In this document: positions 56,996 to 64,000 of the stretch, in pieces | Position numbering within the stretch: position 1 is the first letter of the stretch | How the letters are laid out: the number at the start of each line of letters is the position of its first letter | NCBI GenBank assembly: GCA_047602425.1 | Contig: JASGHG010000001.1 | Location: 2,016,001 to 2,080,000 of the forward strand | From: Nibricoccus sp. | GTDB taxonomy: Bacteria; Verrucomicrobiota; Verrucomicrobiia; Opitutales; Opitutaceae | DNA length: 64,000 bases | Reading direction: 5' to 3' | Position numbers and translations under genes: made by a program | The notes under the pieces: generated by a model | What the model was told of the DNA's origin: nothing | The model's input: only the letters and a program-made list of their open reading frames with translations | Databases searched by the model: none

Positions 56996-58234
56996 ATGTC
57001 AGCCGATTCCACTCCCTCCATATCCGCCGCTAAAAAATCCGCCGAAAGCCCGACGGCAGGAGCTCGCTTGCCCGATCTTGAAATTAAAGACGCTCAACTG
57101 ATCTTCGAGGTCGCGTGGCAGGAACTGGAGGCCGCTTTCCCTCGTAGCGAACTTCGTTTCCCAAAGGAACTCCTGCTTCTCGGTGGCGCACCTGGCGCAG
57201 GTAAAGGCACGAACACGGCTTTCATCGCGAAGGCGCGCGGGCTCACTTGCCCTCCGATCGTGATGAGTGCGTTGCTCGATTCACCCGAAGCCCGCCGCAT
57301 CAAAGATGCCGGCAGCATGGTCGGCGACCGCGAAGTCGTGGGCATTTTATTGAAGGAATTGCTGCGTCCTGAATACCGCGACGGCGTCATTCTCGACGGT
57401 TTTCCGCGTACGAAAGTTCAAGTCGAATGCTTGAAACATCTGGTCAACAAAATGCACCAGCTGCGTCGCGAGTTTTATCACACGCCGCTGAGTATTCATT
57501 TTCGTCAGCCGACGATCCACATCATGGTGCTCTTTGTCGACGAGCGCGAAAGCGTGGCGCGTCAATTGAAACGCGGCCGCGAAATCCAAAAGTACAACGA
57601 AGAAGTCCGACGGACGGGGATCGGCGAGATTCAAGAAGAACGCGCCACCGATTACGACGAGGCGCTGGCTCAACGGCGTTACCGCGTGTTCAAGGAACAA
57701 ACTTGGGCCGCCCTTCAGTCTCTGAAGGAGATTTTCTATTACCACTTCATCAACGCCCAAGGTTCGATCGCCGAGGTCGAGCAGAACATTCTTAAGGAAC
57801 TTCAATATCAGAGCACCCTCGAACTCGATCCGCGGACGCACGATATTTTGCGAAATCTGCCGGTCGCAAACGAGATCATCGTTCATGCCCGCCAGGAACT
57901 TGTGAAGCGACTCGATAGCTATCAATTCGAGCACGCGGAACTGCTCACCCGCGTCGTGGTGTTTATAGAAAAGAAAATTCTACCGATTGTGCTGCGCCAC
58001 GCGATTTCAGGCATCGCTCAGGTCAATACCGAGGATTCGCTATTGGACGATTCGCTCGCGTTGGCCATGCTCATCGACGTTTTTTCCGAACGCGGTTTCC
58101 ACGCCGTGGTCGATCTTCACCGCATCGAAATCCCGGAAAAATGCGATCTTACGACCGGGCTTATCACGTGCCGGACCAAGAAAGTGTACCGCGTCCAGAT
58201 CCGCTTCCAAGGCTCCGAAATCCGCCGCGGCTAA
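56996..58234 (+). CDS. Extended adenylate/nucleoside-monophosphate kinase-like protein
   Basis: LGGAPGAGKGT P-loop, G.MVGD, ILDGFPRT.VQ; extra N- and C-terminal regions. Confidence 0.75.
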   Translation: MSADSTPSISAAKKSAESPTAGARLPDLEIKDAQLIFEVAWQELEAAFPRSELRFPKELLLLGGAPGAGKGTNTAFIAKARGLTCPPIVMSALLDSPEARRIKDAGSMVGDREVVGILLKELLRPEYRDGVILDGFPRTKVQVECLKHLVNKMHQLRREFYHTPLSIHFRQPTIHIMVLFVDERESVARQLKRGREIQKYNEEVRRTGIGEIQEERATDYDEALAQRRYRVFKEQTWAALQSLKEIFYYHFINAQGSIAEVEQNILKELQYQSTLELDPRTHDILRNLPVANEIIVHARQELVKRLDSYQFEHAELLTRVVVFIEKKILPIVLRHAISGIAQVNTEDSLLDDSLALAMLIDVFSERGFHAVVDLHRIEIPEKCDLTTGLITCRTKKVYRVQIRFQGSEIRRG

Positions 58235-58400
58235 AGGCCTAAAGGCGGTGGCGAGGTGCCGACTTTAGGAGAAGTTCAAGTGAATCAGGGCGTTACACTC
58301 GTCTCGGCGCTGCGTGATAGCCCATTTCGCACGGCGGCGGGTTAATCCGCCGATAGTAAGCCTCTAACCCGGATTTCTTTAATTGATTTTTTACATCGCT

Positions 58401-58427
58401 TTAACTTCTCCCTGTTTGGGCCGATGT
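58401..58427 (+). promoter_or_regulatory. Candidate sigma28 (FliA-type) promoter
   Basis: TTAACTTC-N11-GCCGATGT versus the TAAAGTTT-N11-GCCGATAA consensus. Confidence 0.45.
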
Positions 58428-58526
58428 AAAAGTGATGGAACCACGCCGCCCAGAAGTTGTAGCTACTGCACCGCCCCGTGACTATATTGTCGCCGTTGCG
58501 CAGCACGTTTCACCGTTTCGCTCGCG

Positions 58527-59522
58527 ATGAGTCAGCCGCTCACAAATTCCTCTCCAGCCCGCCATAGCTTCCAGGATTTGCCGGAAGCCGTGCAGACATT
58601 GTTGCGTGACGAGGCCAACCTGTCCATGGCGCGGCATATTCTCGAAGATGCCCGAAATGACGCCTTTGTTCGCAAAGATGAATTGCAGCAAAGCCGTCCG
58701 AAAATCGGTTTGCTGATGTCGAAACAACAGCGCGAGGAACTGGCCGCGGCCACTGCGGCCCTGCAAAATCAAACTCAAGTGATAGAAGCCATGCTGGCTC
58801 GCGTCGCTGCTGCACGCGAACGTCTGCAAGCCCCGCTCCGAACTCTTCTGCTCCACCACATAGAACAGGCCGATCCGCTTTATAAACAGGGCCTGCGCGC
58901 TTCGCGTTTTCATGAACACTGGCGGCGCGGCCACGCTGTCGTCGCCGATCGTCTGCAAGGGTTTCTCCGCGATCTCAAAGTCGCCCGCGCATCCCTCGGG
59001 CTCGCCGCATCCAAAGGGCAGCTCAACCATACGGAAGAGACAAACTGGAGCATCACCACTTTGCATGGCGCCAGCGCCGCACTCGATCTCGAGATCGAAC
59101 GGCTCAATCATTGGGCGGTGGAGCACGCGGCGTGCGTGAAAGGCACTCATTTTGCCCGGGTGCAACTTCCACAGCTCGAACAATGGTCCTGCGTCGCCCG
59201 CACCGAAATGCTCGGTCGCAGCACACCTTCCGTTGCCTATGCGACGGTGGAAGCGCTGTATTCCGAGTTCATCGAATATCGCCAGCCCAGCCTCGATACT
59301 CTCACCGGGATGTTTCAAGCCGCCGCCGACGAACACAGCCAGATCGCGGAGGCGCGACTGCGGCAACGCTGGAGTCAGTATTTGAATTATGCCGAGTGCC
59401 ATCTCGTCACCGATGCCGATCTCGAGCCGACGCTCGTCGACATCGAGAAACGTCTTTCCTCCAGCGAACGCGCGCGCCTCGCCGCACAATTGCCTTTCGA
59501 TCCGTTCACCACTGAACGGTGA
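58527..59522 (+). CDS. Hypothetical all-helical protein
   Basis: 331-aa ORF filling the gap, heptad-rich, no recognisable motif. Confidence 0.65.
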   Translation: MSQPLTNSSPARHSFQDLPEAVQTLLRDEANLSMARHILEDARNDAFVRKDELQQSRPKIGLLMSKQQREELAAATAALQNQTQVIEAMLARVAAARERLQAPLRTLLLHHIEQADPLYKQGLRASRFHEHWRRGHAVVADRLQGFLRDLKVARASLGLAASKGQLNHTEETNWSITTLHGASAALDLEIERLNHWAVEHAACVKGTHFARVQLPQLEQWSCVARTEMLGRSTPSVAYATVEALYSEFIEYRQPSLDTLTGMFQAAADEHSQIAEARLRQRWSQYLNYAECHLVTDADLEPTLVDIEKRLSSSERARLAAQLPFDPFTTER

Positions 59523-59531
59523 ACCTGCCTC

Positions 59532-60209
59532 TCAGTCCGACCGATGCCGTCGAGCGCGTCCGGTCATTGGGACGAAAGAAACCGGCAGTAATTCCTCCTC
59601 TGTCCAGTCCTCGCCATTGAGATCGCGTGTGACCAGGACCAAATGCTGCCAGTGCAACGAACCTACTGGCATCACTAACCGCGCTCCCGGCCTCAATTGA
59701 TTCAGCAAAGCCTCAGGCACCTTGTCGGCCGCCGCTGCCACGAGTATGCCGTCATAAGGCGCATGCTCCGGCCAGCCGGAAAATCCATCCCGCACTGCAA
59801 TTTCAACGTTCGATAAGCCCAGTTCCGCCAGTAGCGCCTGCGCGCGCTCCGCCAGCCGCGGTACAATTTCCACGCTGTACACCGCTGTGGCCACAGCGGA
59901 CAAGACCGCGGCCTGATAAGCTGAACCGGTTCCAACATCCAAAACGCGGGCGCCTTCAGCGGGAAGCTGAAGCACCTCGGTCATGTATGCCACGATGTAG
60001 GGTTGGGAAATCGTCTGGGCCGCGCCAATCGGAAGCGGACGATCCTCGTAAGCCGCCTCGCGCTCCGATTCCGGCACAAACATATGCCTTGGCACATGCC
60101 GCATGGCTTCGAGCACCCGCTCATCCCGAATCCCGCGTGCAGCAATTTGATCGCGCACCATCTCCGAGCGCTGAAGGTCGAAAACATCGTCCGACGTTTT
60201 CATGGGCAT
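59532..60209 (-). CDS. pcm: Protein-L-isoaspartate O-methyltransferase
   Basis: VPRH.FV, AYED.PLPIG..QTISQPY, VLDVGTGS.YQAA, APYD.I.V.AA, V.FVPM. Confidence 0.95.
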   Translation of the reverse strand: MPMKTSDDVFDLQRSEMVRDQIAARGIRDERVLEAMRHVPRHMFVPESEREAAYEDRPLPIGAAQTISQPYIVAYMTEVLQLPAEGARVLDVGTGSAYQAAVLSAVATAVYSVEIVPRLAERAQALLAELGLSNVEIAVRDGFSGWPEHAPYDGILVAAAADKVPEALLNQLRPGARLVMPVGSLHWQHLVLVTRDLNGEDWTEEELLPVSFVPMTGRARRHRSD

Positions 60210-60247
60210 AGCATAGGCCCATTTTGCCGCGGCTCAAGCCGCGCTGA

Positions 60248-61474
60248 CTATTCGTAGCGCAGCGCCTCGATCGGATCGAGCCGCGCAGCCTTCCAGGCTG
60301 GGTAAAAACCGAAGATCACGCCAATGCCGCCGCAAACCAGCAGGCCCACCGCCACCCAGACCCACGGGAAAACCAGCGCGCCTTTCATGAAAAGCGCGAG
60401 CGCAATACCGCCGCCGACTCCGATGGCAACCCCGACCAAACCACCCACCAGCGACAAAGCCACCGCCTCGATGAGGAATTGCATCAGGATGTTTTTCTGT
60501 TTCGCGCCAATGCTCTTGCGAACCCCAATCTCTTTCGTGCGCTCCGTCACGCTCACGAGCATGATGTTCATCACGCCCACGCCGGCCGCGAGCAAGGCGA
60601 TCGCACTGATGACAAAAGCGCCGATGGAAATGATGTCCGCGATTTTGTTGAACGACTCGATGAGCGAGTCGTTGGAAAAGATTTCGAAATCGTTTGGATC
60701 TTCGGGATCGAGCCCGCGCACCTGGCGCATCAAACCGATCGCTTTATCCTGCGTCGGCCCAAGTTCGTCCTGGCTTGGCGCCTGCACGGTGATGCCGATC
60801 GAACGCCATTGGCGTCCGTAAATGGCCAGCCAGCGCGTGATTGGGGTGACGATAAAATTATCCTGACTCTGCCCGAACGACGTTCCTTTGGGTGCAAATT
60901 GACCGACCACATTAAAATTCTGCCCGCCGACACGCACGTTGCGTCCCAGGGGATTTTCGTTGGGGAAAAGGACCCGCGCCACCTCGTCGCCAATCACGCA
61001 AACCGGGCGGCCCAGCGCCACGTCCTCGGGGCTCAAATTACGACCGTTCGCAATTTCGTAGTTTCGCGAAGTGCTGAAATTTTCATCGGTGCCAACCAAC
61101 CCCGTGTTCGGGTTGGTTTTCTTGTCGCCGTTCACCACGCGCAATCCGCGGCGCCAGATCGTGAGGTTAATCTTTGCACTGTCACCCATCTGCTCCTTGA
61201 AACGATCCGCCATCGGATAGGTGATGTCCCGTCGGTTGCGAAAACGCTCCCGAGGATCGCTGAAATTAATGGCGGGATATTTGTTGATTTGAAAACTGGC
61301 CGAACCCAGCACCGTGAGATTTGCCTCAACCTGCCCGCGCAGGCCCGCAATCACCGTCATCACTCCAATGACAGAAAAAATACCAACCGATATGCCTAAA
61401 ACGGTCAGGCTTGAGCGAAGCTTGTTTGCGTTCAGCGAAGCCAGGGCGAGGCGGAGAATTTCAATCAACAGCAT
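60248..61474 (-). CDS. MacB/FtsX-type ABC permease
   Basis: NKLRS.LT.LGI..G, GVMNIMLVSVTERTKEIGVRK.IGA, PA.KAARLDPIEALRYE. Confidence 0.93.
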   Translation of the reverse strand: MLLIEILRLALASLNANKLRSSLTVLGISVGIFSVIGVMTVIAGLRGQVEANLTVLGSASFQINKYPAINFSDPRERFRNRRDITYPMADRFKEQMGDSAKINLTIWRRGLRVVNGDKKTNPNTGLVGTDENFSTSRNYEIANGRNLSPEDVALGRPVCVIGDEVARVLFPNENPLGRNVRVGGQNFNVVGQFAPKGTSFGQSQDNFIVTPITRWLAIYGRQWRSIGITVQAPSQDELGPTQDKAIGLMRQVRGLDPEDPNDFEIFSNDSLIESFNKIADIISIGAFVISAIALLAAGVGVMNIMLVSVTERTKEIGVRKSIGAKQKNILMQFLIEAVALSLVGGLVGVAIGVGGGIALALFMKGALVFPWVWVAVGLLVCGGIGVIFGFYPAWKAARLDPIEALRYE

Positions 61475-61480
61475 GGCAGT

Positions 61481-62734
61481 TTACTCGTAACGAAGAGCCT
61501 CCACTGGATCGAGCTTGCTGGCCTGAAACGCGGGAATGAAACCGCTGAGCACGCCTGTCATCACGGATAAAAACAAACCAACCCCCACCAACAAAGGCGA
61601 AAACACCAGCGGGAAGGTTTCTGAAATGCGTCCGACGAGAGTCGCAAGACCCCAGGCGACGGCGAGCCCCGCGACACCGCCGACCAGGCAAATGCTCACG
61701 GCTTCGATCAAAAATTGCAGCAGGATCGTGCGTCTGCGTGCGCCGAGCGCCTTGCGCGTGCCGATTTCCTTCGTGCGTTCTTTTACGCTCACGTAAGTAA
61801 TGTTCATGATGCCGATGGCGCCGACCAACAGCGCAAGCCCCGTGATACCGAGGCCGGCGATGGCGATGCCTCGCTTGATCGGATCGAGCTGTTCACGCAC
61901 AACTTGCTGACTGTTGATTTCAAAATCGTCCTTCTTCTCGGGCCCCAGCTGGCGAATGCGTCTCATCAGGCCACGCAACTCTTCCTTGGCTTCGTCCATG
62001 CGCGCCGTGTCAACCTGCACACGAATACTTGGATCTGCCCAATTGATCGGGAAGTAGCGTCGAAACGTGTTGATTGGCATGATCGCCATTTGATCGAGGC
62101 TGAAAAGCCCAAGGAAACTGCCCTGCCGCGCCGCCACGCCGATCACCGTAAACTGCTGGTCGCGGATCCGAACATTTTTTCCTTCCGGCGACTCGTTAGG
62201 GAAAAGCGCGTTGGCCACGTCGACGCCCAGAATGAGCACATTGCGCGCACTGTGCGCCTCGATCTCGCTGAAAAAACGCCCCTCGCGCATGTCGGCACGC
62301 ATGATCCGGGGGTAATCGGCACCGTAGCCGTTGATATGGATATTGGTCACACGGTATTCTCCGCGAACCAGCGTAGCGCTCCAATCGGCCGCCGGCACCG
62401 CCAGCTTAAGCGGGCATTCGGGATGAGCATCGACCCATTCGTTGATGCGCTCGGCAAAGGCGGGTTTGATCGGCGGACGATTGCGGTAATTCCACCAGTC
62501 GTTTGAAGCATCGCGCCATGGCCATTTCGTCACGTACAAGACGTCGTCGCCAAAGCCGGCCAGGCTTTTTTCCACTCCAGCATCTATCCCTAAAATCGCC
62601 GTGCCCATCAGCGTGACAGCGATGATGCCGATAATCACGCCAAGTGCCGTCAGAAGCGAACGCATCTTGTTCGCGCGAATTTGCGTCCACGCGATGCGAA
62701 ACGATTCAGACAATTCGTAATAAAGACGCCGCAT
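61481..62734 (-). CDS. MacB/FtsX-type ABC permease (paralog)
   Basis: NKMRSLLTALGVIIG, GIMNI..VSVKERTKEIG.RKALGA, LDPVEALRYE. Confidence 0.93.
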   Translation of the reverse strand: MRRLYYELSESFRIAWTQIRANKMRSLLTALGVIIGIIAVTLMGTAILGIDAGVEKSLAGFGDDVLYVTKWPWRDASNDWWNYRNRPPIKPAFAERINEWVDAHPECPLKLAVPAADWSATLVRGEYRVTNIHINGYGADYPRIMRADMREGRFFSEIEAHSARNVLILGVDVANALFPNESPEGKNVRIRDQQFTVIGVAARQGSFLGLFSLDQMAIMPINTFRRYFPINWADPSIRVQVDTARMDEAKEELRGLMRRIRQLGPEKKDDFEINSQQVVREQLDPIKRGIAIAGLGITGLALLVGAIGIMNITYVSVKERTKEIGTRKALGARRRTILLQFLIEAVSICLVGGVAGLAVAWGLATLVGRISETFPLVFSPLLVGVGLFLSVMTGVLSGFIPAFQASKLDPVEALRYE

Positions 62735-62740
62735 GGAAAT

Positions 62741-63478
62741 TCAGGCCGTCACGTCCGACTCGATCAGGCCGTCGCGCAGACGCACGACACGACGGGCGTG
62801 GCGGGCAATGTCTTCCTCGTGCGTGACAACAATGATGGTGTTGCCCTGAGCGTAGAGCTGTTCGAAGAGTGCCATGATTTCTTCGCCGGTGCGTGAGTCG
62901 AGATTGCCGGTTGGTTCGTCAGCGAGGATGATCGAGGGCTTGTTGACGAGAGCGCGGGCAATGGCCACGCGCTGACGCTGGCCGCCGGAAAGTTCATTCG
63001 GCTTGTGAAACATGCGTTCGCCGAGACCGACGTTGTGCAATGCCTGCTGCGCGAGCTCCAGCCGTTCGGCCTTGCGCACGCCGGCATAGATCAGCGGAAG
63101 CTCGACGTTATGCAGGGCGTTGGAGCGTGGCAGAAGGTTAAAGGTCTGGAAAACGAAACCGATCTCCTTGTTACGGATTTCAGCCAGTTCGTCATCGACC
63201 ATGTGCGCTACGTTTTTGCTGTTGAATTCGTAGCGACCGGCGGTGGGCGTATCGAGGCAGCCAAGCATATTCATGAGCGTGGACTTGCCGCTGCCGGACG
63301 GGCCCATGATGGCGAGGTACTCGTTGCGATGAATTTTCAGGCTCACGCCGTTGAGCGCGCGGATGAGTTCCGAGCCCATCTGGTAGAACTTTGTCACCGC
63401 CTCGATCTCGATGACGAGCGCGCCTTTCGGTCGGATGACGCGCGGGCCTGAGGCGGCCGCTGGAGAGGGAGAAATCAT
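62741..63478 (-). CDS. MacB-type ABC ATP-binding protein
   Basis: [32 protein letters not shown]. Confidence 0.95.
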   Translation of the reverse strand: MISPSPAAASGPRVIRPKGALVIEIEAVTKFYQMGSELIRALNGVSLKIHRNEYLAIMGPSGSGKSTLMNMLGCLDTPTAGRYEFNSKNVAHMVDDELAEIRNKEIGFVFQTFNLLPRSNALHNVELPLIYAGVRKAERLELAQQALHNVGLGERMFHKPNELSGGQRQRVAIARALVNKPSIILADEPTGNLDSRTGEEIMALFEQLYAQGNTIIVVTHEEDIARHARRVVRLRDGLIESDVTA

Positions 63479-63499
63479 GATAACTTCGACGGTCGCCCG

Positions 63500-64000
63500 T
63501 TATTTTTTTCCGCCCTTTTTCGGGTCATCGACTTTCACCTTCATGCCATCCTTGAGGGTGCGACTGATGGCGGCGTAACTACCGCTCACCACTTCGTCGC
63601 CCTCCTTCACTCCTGATTTCACTTCCATGTGGGAGGTGTCAGCGATGCCGGTTTCGACGGAAACCATTTTGACGGTATCGCCATTGCGGATGAAGACGAC
63701 GCGGTTGAGTTTTTCGCGGTCGGACTTTTCGGCCTGCTTCTGCTGTTTTTCGCTGACCGCGGCGGCATCGCCGGAGCCTTTTTTCTCGTCGATCTTTTTC
63801 TGGCGGTCGTCGGCCTGTTCGGTCACCGATTTTTTCGTCTCACGATCGCGGGTGGTGACGGATTGTATCGGGACGGCCACTACATTCTCGACGGTCTTCG
63901 TTTCAACATCGGCGTTGGCGCTCATGCCGGGGCGGAGAGGCACGTCCTTGTCGAGGATGCGGATTTTGACTTGGAAGTTCGTGATTTCGTCCTGCGTGCC
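63500..64000 (-). CDS. C-terminal part of a MacA-like periplasmic adaptor subunit, truncated by the window edge
   Basis: TNFQVKI...LRPGMSA.ADVET, VPIQSV, VETGI......EV.SG.KEGDEVVSG; frame open to 64000. Confidence 0.85.
   Translation of the reverse strand, partial: GTQDEITNFQVKIRILDKDVPLRPGMSANADVETKTVENVVAVPIQSVTTRDRETKKSVTEQADDRQKKIDEKKGSGDAAAVSEKQQKQAEKSDREKLNRVVFIRNGDTVKMVSVETGIADTSHMEVKSGVKEGDEVVSGSYAAISRTLKDGMKVKVDDPKKGGKK

Overview
GC-rich bacterial chromosomal window. The gene content, C-terminal sorting motif and repeat types suggest Verrucomicrobiota/Opitutaceae (inference). It is mostly housekeeping and envelope genes. No rRNA, intact tRNA, CRISPR array, transposase or prophage was seen. 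In order: a complete stressosome operon (rsbR-S-T-X) followed directly by a soluble PAS-GAF-PAS HisKA_3 kinase and a NarL regulator; a DUF3299/ABC (zrg-like) cluster; two unusual multidomain proteins; a 1874-aa repeat-built surface protein with a GlyGly-CTERM-like tail; an octaheme cytochrome-TPR protein; accB-accC-asp23-amaP-like genes behind a run of helically phased A/T tracts; two tandem TMTC-like (GT-C/TPR) genes; manA-asmA-grpE-dnaJ-hldC-purN; ftsK-rodZ; nfeD-nfeD-floA; an OxyR-like LysR regulator lacking the peroxidatic Cys, with an OxyR-type operator; a U32/RlhA gene carrying an in-frame REP doublet; an AlgB/KinB-like sigma54 two-component pair with an adjacent sigma54 promoter and enhancer; an extended adenylate-kinase-like protein; pcm; and a MacAB-type exporter. 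At least four unrelated palindromic repeat families occur. All calls come from reading motifs by eye; no database searches were run.
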